This document shows positions 21,345-37,883 of a stretch of 64,000 bases of DNA, piece by piece. The notes beneath the pieces were generated by a model. That model saw nothing but the letters and a program-made list of their open reading frames with translations, ran no database searches and had not been told where the DNA came from. How positions within the stretch are numbered: position 1 is the stretch's first letter; the number at the start of each line of letters is the position of its first letter. A program made the position numbers and the translations under genes. Origin of the DNA: Bacilli bacterium (lineage in GTDB: Bacteria; Bacillota_I; Bacilli_A; RF39; UBA660); assembly GCA_050948885.1 (NCBI GenBank), contig JBMNER010000002.1:107344-171343 (forward strand). Reading direction: 5' to 3'.

Positions 21345-21359
21345 GTTCTTTGAAAACTG
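21345..21359 (+). promoter_or_regulatory. Second boxA-like element in the 16S-23S spacer
   Basis: gttcTTTGAAAACTg. The spacer contains no tRNA. Confidence 0.4.
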
Positions 21360-21439
21360 GATAATGTGTAGTCTTGTTTTTTTTCCGAAACAAGACATCA
21401 AGGTCTCATTAAATTAGGATAGAAATATCAATAATTGGT

Positions 21440-24362
<2,923 letters not shown>

Positions 24363-24422
24363 TACTTATTTAATTTAGTGGACACACATTATCTTGTTTT
24401 CAGAGAATTATTTCTCTATTTA

Positions 24423-24528
24423 TCTTGGTAACCATAGCGAGACGGGTACACCTGTTCCCATACCGAACACAGAAGTTAAGCGTCTCTGCGCCGACGATAG
24501 TGTAAGCGAAAATAGGACGTTGCCAAGA
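24423..24528 (+). rRNA. rrf: 5S ribosomal RNA (about 106 nt)
   Basis: tcttggtaaccatagcgagacgggtacacctgttcccataccgaacacagaagttaagc ... ggacgttgccaaga. Confidence 0.85.
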
Positions 24529-24545
24529 TTTTTTTATGAGAATAA

Positions 24546-24575
24546 AAAGACTAGAACTTGCCGTCTAGTCTTTTT
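24546..24575. terminator. rrn operon terminator, also serving the convergent GDPD gene
   Basis: aaagactag aacttgccgt ctagtcttt tt: 9-bp stem with an A-run upstream and a T-run downstream. Confidence 0.7.
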
Positions 24576-24589
24576 ACTTGCCTATAAAT

Positions 24590-25381
24590 TTATCTATTTC
24601 TAGTTAAATTGGATTTATTATTTTTAATATTAGGTTCGAAACCTTCAAATATGATATTATCTACTTTTTCTAAAACCATGGAAGCCTGGTTTTTGGTTCT
24701 AATAGTCCAGGCTAGGACAACTCCTTTTCCATCCGTCTTTTGTTTAAAATTAACTATTAATTTATTTGACAATCCTTCTTTTCCTATTGCTAGGAAGTCA
24801 TATGGATTTTCTCTAACTAATTTTGTGTACACCGGAATAGTTGCGACTGAAAAGGGCGGAATTAATAATCCAGTTTTTATATCTGACCCCGCTTCAGCGT
24901 AGGTTTTATAATGAAATATATCAGGGCAGAAACTTTGAAGATAAACAGGTCCTTTATCTTTATATATTCTTAATTCTTCGCTAATCAGCCCAAAAATTTC
25001 CCTCATTTCAGTTTCGTTCTTGAATTTAAATTTTTTTAATTCAATAAGTAGAGGCACTCTTCCGTCTACTAGTTTTAGGACATCAGCAAAAGTTGGAATT
25101 ATATGTTCGGTTCCTAATAATCCAGTTTTTAATCTTTCTTTTTCCGAAAGATTTTCAACTTTGGTATTAACAGTTTGGTTGGTTAGTCTCTTTAACGTCC
25201 CATCATGAACCCATAATAATCTGCCATCTTTTGTGACTCTAATATCTCCTTCAATAGCATAACCTTTCCTGATTGCCTCTTCAATAGCAATTAATGTGTT
25301 TTCGGGAATTATCGAATCATCTTTTTTGCCATGTAGACCACGGTGGGCAATAGGAGCACTCTTTAATAATCCCATATTCAT
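24590..25381 (-). CDS. Glycerophosphodiester phosphodiesterase (GDPD family, cytoplasmic)
   Basis: 263 aa. IAHRGLHG ... ENTLIAIEEAI ... EGDIRVTKDGRLLWVHDGTL: the GDPD catalytic His/Glu/Asp pattern. Confidence 0.85.
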   Translation of the reverse strand: MNMGLLKSAPIAHRGLHGKKDDSIIPENTLIAIEEAIRKGYAIEGDIRVTKDGRLLWVHDGTLKRLTNQTVNTKVENLSEKERLKTGLLGTEHIIPTFADVLKLVDGRVPLLIELKKFKFKNETEMREIFGLISEELRIYKDKGPVYLQSFCPDIFHYKTYAEAGSDIKTGLLIPPFSVATIPVYTKLVRENPYDFLAIGKEGLSNKLIVNFKQKTDGKGVVLAWTIRTKNQASMVLEKVDNIIFEGFEPNIKNNKSNLTRNR

Positions 25382-25696
25382 ATACGCCCCTCTTTTCTAA
25401 AAATATTAATTAACACTTTTTATGGGGATAGTATATAGTATTGATTGTAAATAGTCAACAAATAGGAGAAATAAAGTAGATGTTGGCAAAACGGAAAAAA
25501 ATAAAGTTATATAATTGGTTTTAAAAAAGCTATTAATCCTTAAGATAAGACTCGAAGCTTATAAGGACTTAAAGAAGACGTTTTCTCATGAATATAATAC
25601 CACTTTTCAACATCTAGTTTACTATTATTGTAAGAAAAAATTGACTAATATTCCACTATATGTTATTATACAAAGCGTTAATAGGGGGTAAAAGAG

Positions 25697-27217
25697 ATGA
25701 TTTTTGAACAGTTTTTTATTGAAATACCCAGAAAAACAAGTGAAATAATATATTTGGCTATAAAAATATATGCCGTTTTAAAGGAAGAAAGTGTATCTTG
25801 CACGCTTTATAAAACTAACAACCACATTAAAGAACGGTTATTAAGTGATAATGATAAAAAGTGTTTAGCTTTGTTTTTAGGTATTCTTAAAGTCAACAGC
25901 AATATAAAGAAACTTTTGAATAATTCAGGTGTTAATTATGAAAATATATTAACTCTCTTTAGCGCCTATAACGATATTAATTTTAATGATTTAAATGAAA
26001 AAGAAATTAGACAATATTTTGAACAAGATTTTAAATTGCTTTTTAAAAATTTAAAACGTTATAATACAGATTCATTAGGAAATAAAATGTTAACCCCTGA
26101 AGTATTAGTAGCTAGTTTGTTTTCCAAACATACTTGCGGTTCTTCTTTACTTGATTGGATAAGCCGCGAAGATGGTTGGCGTTATATTCTTTTTGATTCT
26201 GATGAATATACTTCTGCCTGTAATACCAAAGAATCCCCAAAACAAGAATTAGACGATCCTAAGCAAATTACTGATAATTCCAGCCTCTTTTTTACCCAGT
26301 ACGGTAACATCATTACCGAAGAGGATTACCCAACTAACCCTGCCATTGGAAGGGAACAAGAAATAAGGGAAGTTATGTTGGCTTTAATAACCGAGAAATC
26401 GGTTATTATAACCGGTGAAGCGGGTGTGGGTAAAACCGCTGTTGTGGAAGGGCTGGCGCACTTAATAAAAAGTAATCAAGCACCACCAGCATTTGCCAAT
26501 ACTAACATAGTTAAAATAAATACTTCTACCATATTAAGTGGTTGCATGTATATTGGTATGTTTGAGGAACGAGTTGAAGGAATAATTAAAGAGTTAATAG
26601 ACCGCCCAGATACTATCTTATTTATTGACGAAATACATACTTGTATTGGTGCGGGTGCGGGTGTTAAAAATAATATGGATTTAGCCGATATCTTAAAGCC
26701 TTATTTAGACAAGGGGCAAATAAAGATAATAGGTACGACTACTAATGACGAATATGCTGATTTTATTGCTAGTGATGAAGCCTTTAAGCGTCGATTTGAA
26801 CGGGTTAATGTTTTGGAACCAAATCTTAAGATGACATCTAATATCTTATTACAATCAATTCCACAAATAGAAGCGGCTACACAAGTAAAGTTTACCTATT
26901 CTGATATAGATAGGAAAGATATTATAGACTTAATGGTTGAAGTGACAAAGGAAAATTATAGGGTCTTTGATGATCGATTAAATAATCCCGATTTAGCTTT
27001 AACCATATTAAAAAAATCCTTTGCGTTGGCTTTAATTGAAGGTAATGATCAGGTTACAATAACTAATATTATAGACGCTATTAATACTTGCGATCGGATT
27101 TATGAATCAGTAAGGAAAAAGTATGAAAACTTATTGTTATTAGCATCGGATGGTTTAATAAATAGTAAGACAGAACCTAAATTGGGAAAGGTAGTTCAAT
27201 TTCCGCTTTTAAAATAA
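25697..27217 (+). CDS. AAA+ ATPase, ClpA/ClpB-like with a D1 domain only and no second nucleotide-binding domain (506 aa)
   Basis: GREQEIREVMLALITEKSVIITGEAGVGKTAVVEGLAHLI (Walker A), ILFIDEIHTCIGAG (Walker B), GQIKIIGTTT (sensor). The protein ends soon after D1. RBS AGGGGG. Confidence 0.7.
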   Translation: MIFEQFFIEIPRKTSEIIYLAIKIYAVLKEESVSCTLYKTNNHIKERLLSDNDKKCLALFLGILKVNSNIKKLLNNSGVNYENILTLFSAYNDINFNDLNEKEIRQYFEQDFKLLFKNLKRYNTDSLGNKMLTPEVLVASLFSKHTCGSSLLDWISREDGWRYILFDSDEYTSACNTKESPKQELDDPKQITDNSSLFFTQYGNIITEEDYPTNPAIGREQEIREVMLALITEKSVIITGEAGVGKTAVVEGLAHLIKSNQAPPAFANTNIVKINTSTILSGCMYIGMFEERVEGIIKELIDRPDTILFIDEIHTCIGAGAGVKNNMDLADILKPYLDKGQIKIIGTTTNDEYADFIASDEAFKRRFERVNVLEPNLKMTSNILLQSIPQIEAATQVKFTYSDIDRKDIIDLMVEVTKENYRVFDDRLNNPDLALTILKKSFALALIEGNDQVTITNIIDAINTCDRIYESVRKKYENLLLLASDGLINSKTEPKLGKVVQFPLLK

Positions 27218-27288
27218 ATTATTCTTCATAATATTTATTTTTTGATTAACAGACTACGTTTCTAAGTGTAAAACGATTAAAATGATGA

Positions 27289-27314
27289 AAACAAGTTGAA
27301 TAACTTGTTTTTTA
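27289..27314 (+). terminator. Rho-independent terminator followed by the tsaE promoter -10 (tataat at 27320-27325)
   Basis: aaacaagtt gaat aacttgttt tttt. Confidence 0.6.
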
Positions 27315-27341
27315 TTTGCTATAATAGACTAAGGTGATAAT

Positions 27342-27794
27342 ATGGAATATCGAGTAACAACTTATAAGGAGCAAGAAACCATTGAACTCGCTCAAAACTT
27401 TGAATCAGAAAAATTCCCTAACATGATTATTTGTTTAGAAGGCGATTTAGGGAGTGGTAAAACCATTTTTGCGAAAGGAATTGGTAGTGGTCTTGGTATT
27501 GAAGAAAATATAACCTCGCCCACTTTTACTATTATTAAAGAATATGAACAAGGCGAGATTCCTTTTTACCATGTTGATGTTTATCGGGTAAAAGGTTCTT
27601 ATGCTGATTTAGGAATAGAAGAATACTACGATAAAAAAGGGATTGTGGTAATTGAATGGGCCGATATGATTGAGGATATTTTGCCCAAGGAAAGATTGCG
27701 TATTAAAATAAAGGTCGTTGGTGAGAATACGCGCGTGTTTATTATTAAACCTTATGGTCATAAGTATGAAGATTTATGTGAGAAAGTTCTGTGA
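27342..27794 (+). CDS. tsaE: tRNA t6A37 biosynthesis ATPase TsaE (YjeE)
   Basis: 150 aa. GDLGSGKTIFAKG P-loop and SPTFTII motif. Confidence 0.9.
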   Translation: MEYRVTTYKEQETIELAQNFESEKFPNMIICLEGDLGSGKTIFAKGIGSGLGIEENITSPTFTIIKEYEQGEIPFYHVDVYRVKGSYADLGIEEYYDKKGIVVIEWADMIEDILPKERLRIKIKVVGENTRVFIIKPYGHKYEDLCEKVL

Positions 27795-28360
27795 TAACTT
27801 TATTTATTGATACTTCGTTATCATCTTTAGTTATAGGAATTGTGAAGGATAATAAATTATTATATTCTAATATAAAAGAATTAGATAATGATTTATCTAA
27901 ATATACTCTCCCAACCACCCAGCAAGCTTTAGCTAATTTACAATTAAAACCAAATGATATTGATACTATTATGGTTGTTAATGGGCCTGGTTCATTTACC
28001 GGGATTAGGATTGGCATCACTATTGCGAAAGTATATGCTTGGGCCCTAAATAAAAAAGTAATTCCTATCTCAGGCCTAAAAGCTAGAGCCATATCATCAT
28101 TAGAAAACGATTATATTATCGCCATAATTGATGTTAAAGATAGTTATTATTATGCCGGTATATACAATAAACATTATAAGGTAATTATGAGCGATAGATA
28201 TATTAATCAAAAAGACTTAATTTTAGAAATAAAAAAGCTGGGGAACAATTTTACTATTGTCAGTGATCAAGCTTTTAAGATTAATAAATTCAAAGCGGAA
28301 AAAAGAAAGTTAGATATTTTAAAGATTGTTCAATACCATCAGCACGATGCTGGGAGTTAA
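27791..28360 (+). CDS. tsaB: tRNA t6A37 biosynthesis protein TsaB (YeaZ)
   Basis: 189 aa. Inactive Kae1/YgjD-like fold (VNGPGSFTGIRIG). GTG start overlapping the tsaE stop. Confidence 0.85.
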   Translation: MITLFIDTSLSSLVIGIVKDNKLLYSNIKELDNDLSKYTLPTTQQALANLQLKPNDIDTIMVVNGPGSFTGIRIGITIAKVYAWALNKKVIPISGLKARAISSLENDYIIAIIDVKDSYYYAGIYNKHYKVIMSDRYINQKDLILEIKKLGNNFTIVSDQAFKINKFKAEKRKLDILKIVQYHQHDAGS

Positions 28361-28445
28361 TCCCCATCATCTTAGCCCTTGCTATCTTAAGAAGATTGCG
28401 GTTGAACAATAATATATATTAGTAGGAATTAAAAGTTGGTGAAAA

Positions 28446-29450
28446 ATGAAGGATATATATATTCTAGCAATAGAAACTAGTTGTGATGAAACTAGTGTTA
28501 GTATTACTAAAAATGGTACCGAAGAGATAAGCACGGTTATCCTATCCCAGATGGATATTCATAAACAATATGGGGGGGTAGTACCGGAAATTGCTAGTCG
28601 CAAGCATTTAGAAAACATAACGATGGTCTTAGAAGAAACGCTTAGTAAAGCGAAGATGAAAATGACCGAGATTGATTTTCTGGCGGTTACCTATGGCCCC
28701 GGTTTAATAGGTTCTTTGTTAATTGGTTTAGAGGCGGCTAAAACATTAGCCTTTATTTATCAAAAACCATTAATTCCAGTTCATCACATTGCTGGTCATA
28801 TTTACGCTAATAAATTAAATAATAAATTGTGCTTCCCCTTAATCTGTTTGGTAGTAAGTGGCGGGCATACAGATCTTATTTATATGGAAAAGGATTATTC
28901 TTTTTTAAAAATTGGGGGTACCTTAGATGATGCTGTTGGGGAGTCTTATGATAAGGTGGCTCGCGTTTTAGGTCTAAGTTATCCTGGGGGACCTATTATC
29001 GATAAATTAGCGACCAAAGGGCAAGACACCTATGATTTACCATTACCTCTTGATGATGATACCTACAACTTTAGTTTTAGTGGCATCAAAAGTGCCGTTA
29101 TGAATTTAATCAATAACGAAAAACAAAGAGGGAATAAAGTAAGAGTTGAAGATGTCGCAACTAGCTTCCAAAATCGCATTATTAATATTTTGACTAAAAA
29201 AACCATGAGAGCAGTAGAAGAGTATCAAGTAAGACAATTATTAATTGCTGGAGGGGTGGCAGCCAATAAAGGGCTTAGAGAAAAGTTTAAACAATTATGT
29301 GCCAAGGGAAATATCGCTTTAAGTATTCCGAAGATAAAATATTGTACTGATAATGCTACCATGATTAGTATAGCCGCTTATTATGCCTATCATAAGGGCC
29401 ATGTTGCTAATTTAGAAATAAGTGGTAAAGCTAATGTATCAATAAAGTGA
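28446..29450 (+). CDS. tsaD: tRNA N6-adenosine threonylcarbamoyltransferase TsaD (Kae1/YgjD)
   Basis: 334 aa. ETSCDETSV, metal-binding HHIAGH, SGG and GGVAAN motifs. Confidence 0.95.
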   Translation: MKDIYILAIETSCDETSVSITKNGTEEISTVILSQMDIHKQYGGVVPEIASRKHLENITMVLEETLSKAKMKMTEIDFLAVTYGPGLIGSLLIGLEAAKTLAFIYQKPLIPVHHIAGHIYANKLNNKLCFPLICLVVSGGHTDLIYMEKDYSFLKIGGTLDDAVGESYDKVARVLGLSYPGGPIIDKLATKGQDTYDLPLPLDDDTYNFSFSGIKSAVMNLINNEKQRGNKVRVEDVATSFQNRIINILTKKTMRAVEEYQVRQLLIAGGVAANKGLREKFKQLCAKGNIALSIPKIKYCTDNATMISIAAYYAYHKGHVANLEISGKANVSIK

Positions 29451-29463
29451 GGTGGATATAAGA

Positions 29464-31005
29464 ATGAATCAAAGAGCGTTTACATTAATAGAATTATTAG
29501 CCGTTATTGTTATTATAGGGGTAATATCTTTAATAACGATTCCGGTCGTAACCCGTTTAATTACCGAAAATAAAATGGATGTTTTTAAAACCCATGAAAA
29601 AGCATTAGAAACAGCGGCTGAGTCATACATGTCTGTTAACCAAAATAAATTGCCAGAAATGATAGATGAAACAACGGAAGTTACTTTACAAGAACTAATT
29701 AATACAGGCTTTATTAAACCAATGACTAGCCCCAACAATAAAAAGAAGCAATGTAGCGGTTATGTTTTAGTTACTAAAGAAAAAGAAAACATTTATGTTT
29801 ATACTCCTCATTTAAATTGTATAGAAGATTTTGGTAATGCCGAAGATGATGGGTTAGTTTTACATTATAAATTTGATGATTTTCAGGAGCCGACGGAGAA
29901 TATCTTTGACGATTTAGGATTAGTAGCGATACGAGAACTTACCTATATATACATAGGAGAAGAAGACGGATGGTTAAAATATGGTATTTCAGGTGTGGGT
30001 AATGATGATACTTATCCATATAGATTTACTATAAAGCCAATGATAATCCATTCAGATTACCCAACCAGTGTATCCTTTAAATATAAAACAAATGTTGGTG
30101 AAAAATTTTATTCTTTTGGGGACCCAAGAATGGTTAATATACGCTATAAAGATGGATTTAAAAAAACGGAGATAGATAAGGAGGCATATAAAGAGGTTAC
30201 AATAGAAAACATTTCACCGTTAGAAACACTTGCTGGTGTGCCTATAGAGGGTGAATCACATCAACCTATATATTTCTTATCAAGACCAAAAGAAGGTGAA
30301 GTATTTAATCCAGAAACCGATTATATATATTTTAAGGACGTTCAAGTAGAAATAAAACCTTATTCTACTTCATATACGAAAGGAGTTAGAACCGGCGTAG
30401 TAAAAGATTATTCTTCTAAAGGGAATAGTAGTCTTTTACAACTAAATACTACACCCAGATGGGTAGTGGATAGTAAAATAGGTGAAGGAGCATATGAATT
30501 TAATGGAATAAATAGTTATATCGATACTAACAATCCATTTAATTTTACTAAAGAAGGCTCTTTTTCAATAAGTTTTTGGATTAATTCTGAAGATCATTCG
30601 CATAAAGAAGGCGTTGCCGCTGGAATAGTGGGTAAAGGTCATTGGTATGATAATACATGGGATATTTCTCTTTCAAATACAAATCAAATTAGATTTGAAT
30701 GTTCTGGGAACCCTACAAGAAGTGGCATTATAGCTATATTTTCCCCAGAACTTAGCCTGCGAAAGTGGCATTATTATACTGCTACTTATGATAAGGGTAT
30801 TATTAGAATATATTTAGACGGTGTTTTTACATCTACGATGACATATAACGGTACAGGTGATTTTAATGGTAATCGAAATGTAAGGATAGGCATAAGACAT
30901 ACTGATATATCTAGAGTGTTTAACGGAAAGTTAGACGATGTTCGTATCTATAATCGCGCTCTATCAGATGAAGAGGTAATGTTTATGTATGAAAGATATA
31001 AATAA
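29464..31005 (+). CDS. Modular type IV pilin-like / pseudopilin protein with a C-terminal concanavalin-A-like (LamG / Laminin_G_3) lectin-type domain
   Basis: Class III signal with N-methylation motif (MNQRA|FTLIELLAVIVIIGVISLI; Ala instead of Gly at -1). Pilin-like D-region Cys pair (QCSG ... HLNC). C-terminal LamG hallmark GKLDDVRIYNRALSDEEV. The ATG at 29464 has an RBS and lies 13 nt after the tsaD stop. Confidence 0.7.
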   Translation: MNQRAFTLIELLAVIVIIGVISLITIPVVTRLITENKMDVFKTHEKALETAAESYMSVNQNKLPEMIDETTEVTLQELINTGFIKPMTSPNNKKKQCSGYVLVTKEKENIYVYTPHLNCIEDFGNAEDDGLVLHYKFDDFQEPTENIFDDLGLVAIRELTYIYIGEEDGWLKYGISGVGNDDTYPYRFTIKPMIIHSDYPTSVSFKYKTNVGEKFYSFGDPRMVNIRYKDGFKKTEIDKEAYKEVTIENISPLETLAGVPIEGESHQPIYFLSRPKEGEVFNPETDYIYFKDVQVEIKPYSTSYTKGVRTGVVKDYSSKGNSSLLQLNTTPRWVVDSKIGEGAYEFNGINSYIDTNNPFNFTKEGSFSISFWINSEDHSHKEGVAAGIVGKGHWYDNTWDISLSNTNQIRFECSGNPTRSGIIAIFSPELSLRKWHYYTATYDKGIIRIYLDGVFTSTMTYNGTGDFNGNRNVRIGIRHTDISRVFNGKLDDVRIYNRALSDEEVMFMYERYK

Positions 31006-31028
31006 GTATTCTTATTTAATTAACAGAA

Positions 31029-31055
31029 AAAAAGATTATTTATAATCTTTTTTCT
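31029..31055. terminator. Hairpin (possible bidirectional terminator) at the junction of the convergent pilin-LamG and ABC permease genes
   Basis: aaaaagattat tt ataatctttttt. It overlaps the last codons of the minus-strand permease gene. Confidence 0.4.
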
Positions 31056-31819
31056 ATATAACAAACTAACCAGTACATTATATATGCTACTATTCCCAGT
31101 AAGATAATGCCTGTTACCACTAAATTTAAATTAAATACCTGCGAACCATACATGATTAAATAACCTATTCCTTTTCTTGATACGAGTAATTCACCCATTA
31201 CAACGCCAATAAGGGCCATACTAACATTTATTTTTAAAGCATTTACTAAAGTCGATAAATTCCCGGGTAAGATGGCCTTTAGGAAAATATCTACTTTACT
31301 AGCTTTAAAGGATTTTAGTAATTTTATTTTATTGATATCAAAGTTAACAAATCCGTAATAGACATTGATAATGGTTATAATCGTTGATATTAAAAGAGCC
31401 ATTAGAATAATGGAATTAGTATTAGCGCCTACCCAGATAATAATAATTGGACCAAGGGCAACTTTTGGCAAACTATTTAAGATGGTTAAATAAGGGTCAA
31501 AAACACGAGCTAAGAAGTTATTCCACCAAAGCATAATTGCCATACCAACACCAATAATAGTAGCGAGCGAAAAACTAATAATGGTTTCATAAACAGTGGT
31601 AAATATATGGCGGTATAAATTATTAGTTTGATGCAGGCTAATAATGGTTCTTAAGACATTACTTGGGCTGGAGACTAAAAACGGATTAACAATATGGAAA
31701 TGGGTTAACAACTCCCATATGAGGATAAAAGCGAAGATGATAAATATCTGGGTACTTAAAATAAGTCTATTTCTTTTCTTGATTCTTTTTAAATACTGCT
31801 GATGTTCTATACTAAACAT
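31040..31819 (-). CDS. ABC transporter permease (NitT/TauT / SsuC-TauC family)
   Basis: 259 aa with 6 TM segments and a BPD_transp_1-type EAA-like loop. Gene order binding protein-ATPase-permease. Confidence 0.8.
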   Translation of the reverse strand: MFSIEHQQYLKRIKKRNRLILSTQIFIIFAFILIWELLTHFHIVNPFLVSSPSNVLRTIISLHQTNNLYRHIFTTVYETIISFSLATIIGVGMAIMLWWNNFLARVFDPYLTILNSLPKVALGPIIIIWVGANTNSIILMALLISTIITIINVYYGFVNFDINKIKLLKSFKASKVDIFLKAILPGNLSTLVNALKINVSMALIGVVMGELLVSRKGIGYLIMYGSQVFNLNLVVTGIILLGIVAYIMYWLVCYIEKRL

Positions 31820-32558
31820 GGATATCTAAATCTTTCCATATTTTCTCATAATAAGACACAAATTCTTTCGCTTTTCTATTTTCAAAAGGAGTGCTCCTAT
31901 TAGTTAATTTTATCTGATAGATATTTTTAATTCTGGCGGGTCTTTTGGTTAATACCACTATTCTATCAGCCATACTGATGGCTTCGGCTAAATCATGAGT
32001 AACCATAATAACCGTCTTTTTTTCCTTTTTAATAATATTATAAACATCATCACTAACTGCTAGTCTCGTCTGATAGTCCAAAGCGCTGAAAGGTTCATCA
32101 AGAAGAAGTATATCTGGATCTAGGGCTAAGGTTCTAATTAGCGCTACTCGCTGTCTCATTCCCCCTGATAAGGAGTGTGGATAATGATTAATAAACTCTT
32201 TTAAACCATAATCTTCAAGAAGTTTTATAACTTGTTGTTTTTTTTCTTTGGTTAATTGTTTTTTAATTTCTAATCCCAATAAACAATTATCTAAAATAGT
32301 ACGCCAAGGAAAAAGAGTATCCTGCTGTAACATATAGCCAATCTTTGGTTTCCCACAAGCAGCATACTCAATATAACCACCTGATTTATTTTCTATTTCA
32401 CATAGTACTGAAAGAATGGTCGATTTACCACAACCAGAAGGTCCGATTATGGCAATGAACTCCTCTTTGTTAATATCTAGGGAGAAGTCGTCAATGGCTT
32501 TTATTTCTCCTTCTCTAGTGTGATAGTTTTTCCGTAAATTTTTGATTTTTAAAATCAT
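31812..32558 (-). CDS. ABC transporter ATP-binding protein (SsuB/TauB-like)
   Basis: 248 aa. Walker A GPSGCGKST, signature LSGGMRQR, Walker B ILLLDEPFSALD. Confidence 0.85.
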   Translation of the reverse strand: MILKIKNLRKNYHTREGEIKAIDDFSLDINKEEFIAIIGPSGCGKSTILSVLCEIENKSGGYIEYAACGKPKIGYMLQQDTLFPWRTILDNCLLGLEIKKQLTKEKKQQVIKLLEDYGLKEFINHYPHSLSGGMRQRVALIRTLALDPDILLLDEPFSALDYQTRLAVSDDVYNIIKKEKKTVIMVTHDLAEAISMADRIVVLTKRPARIKNIYQIKLTNRSTPFENRKAKEFVSYYEKIWKDLDIHV

Positions 32559-32559
32559 T

Positions 32560-33558
32560 CTATTTACTTACTTTTTTCGCAAATTCATTATTAACTAAAT
32601 TGGTAAATGGTACTCTTTTTTCAAGTTCGCCGGCTTGGGTAATAATATCTTGTAAATGTCCAAAAGCGTCTTCAGTTAATTCTGGGGTTTTACTCCAAGC
32701 TTCAATCTTCTTATAACGATCAATAACTTTAATTAAATCATTCATTGATGTATCCGGGAATTGAGTGTAGATAACTTCCGCAATGGTTTTGGCATTATGT
32801 TCATGGACAAAAGTAAGACCTTTATAGATGGCTCTGGTAAAACCCTCAATAATATCGGGATTTTTATTAATGAAACTTTTTCTTGCGTTATAAGCGGTAT
32901 AAGGTACTTTACCCCCTAAAGCGCCCACGGATGCGACTACATATCCAAATCCTTCTCTTTCTACCATTAAAGCCGTTGGTTCAAATAAAGCCACAAAATC
33001 ACCTAAGCCCCCAATGAAAGCACCTGACATAGCCGGAAAAGCAACACTAGTATCAATGGTTAAATCCTTATGAGGATCAATACCGTGTTCTTTAATAATC
33101 CATTCGAGGGTCATTTCGGGCATACCCCCTTTGCGACCACCTATTACATATTTTCCTTTTAAATCATTTAACGTGAAATTGTTATATGGTTTACGGGCGA
33201 CAATAAAAGATCCATCTTTTTGGGTTAATTGGGCAAAAGTCTGCACATAATCCTTTTCACCAGCGTTGTAAACGTAAATGGTAGCTTCTGAGCCACTAAA
33301 ACCAATGTCAACATCATTTGATAAGACCGCTGCCATTACCTTATCGGCCCCAGGTGTTAATATTAGTTCAATTTCTAATCCCTCTTCTTCAAAATAACCT
33401 TTTTCTAAGGCGACATATTGGGGAGCATAAAAAATACTATGGGTTACTTCGGCCAGTTTTATTTTTGTTAATTTTTGTTCCTTTTTATCTAAAATTAAAA
33501 AGGTTGTGACCACACCAATAACAAATAAACTAATGACCGCGATTAATATCTTTTTCAA
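32560..33558 (-). CDS. ABC transporter substrate-binding protein (NMT1/THI5 / SsuA-like), TM or signal-anchored
   Basis: 332 aa. N-terminal hydrophobic anchor then a periplasmic-binding-protein type II fold typical of sulfonate/nitrate/taurine binders. Confidence 0.75.
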   Translation of the reverse strand: MKKILIAVISLFVIGVVTTFLILDKKEQKLTKIKLAEVTHSIFYAPQYVALEKGYFEEEGLEIELILTPGADKVMAAVLSNDVDIGFSGSEATIYVYNAGEKDYVQTFAQLTQKDGSFIVARKPYNNFTLNDLKGKYVIGGRKGGMPEMTLEWIIKEHGIDPHKDLTIDTSVAFPAMSGAFIGGLGDFVALFEPTALMVEREGFGYVVASVGALGGKVPYTAYNARKSFINKNPDIIEGFTRAIYKGLTFVHEHNAKTIAEVIYTQFPDTSMNDLIKVIDRYKKIEAWSKTPELTEDAFGHLQDIITQAGELEKRVPFTNLVNNEFAKKVSK

Positions 33559-33666
33559 TTTGCAACCTCCTTTTTTAAATTACATGGTATTATATTCTTT
33601 TTCTAATTAATCGTGATAATAATCTATAAATACATGGTATAATTTTAGCTAGGGGTGGTGATAATC

Positions 33667-37760
<4,094 letters not shown>

Positions 37761-37883
37761 TTTACTAACCAAATTGTTATTAGATATTTATAAATATATG
37801 GAACTTAACAAAAACGATTTAATATTTGACAATTTACCTAAATTATAATAAAATAGACCTTATTTTAAAGAGGTGAAGTTGTT

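Noticed and set aside
21258-21439. Search for tRNA-Ile/tRNA-Ala in the 16S-23S spacer and for tRNAs after 5S
   Set aside because: No cloverleaf-compatible sequence or GTTCGAATC-like T-arm was seen. The only tRNA-like T-arm in the window belongs to the tmRNA 3' end.
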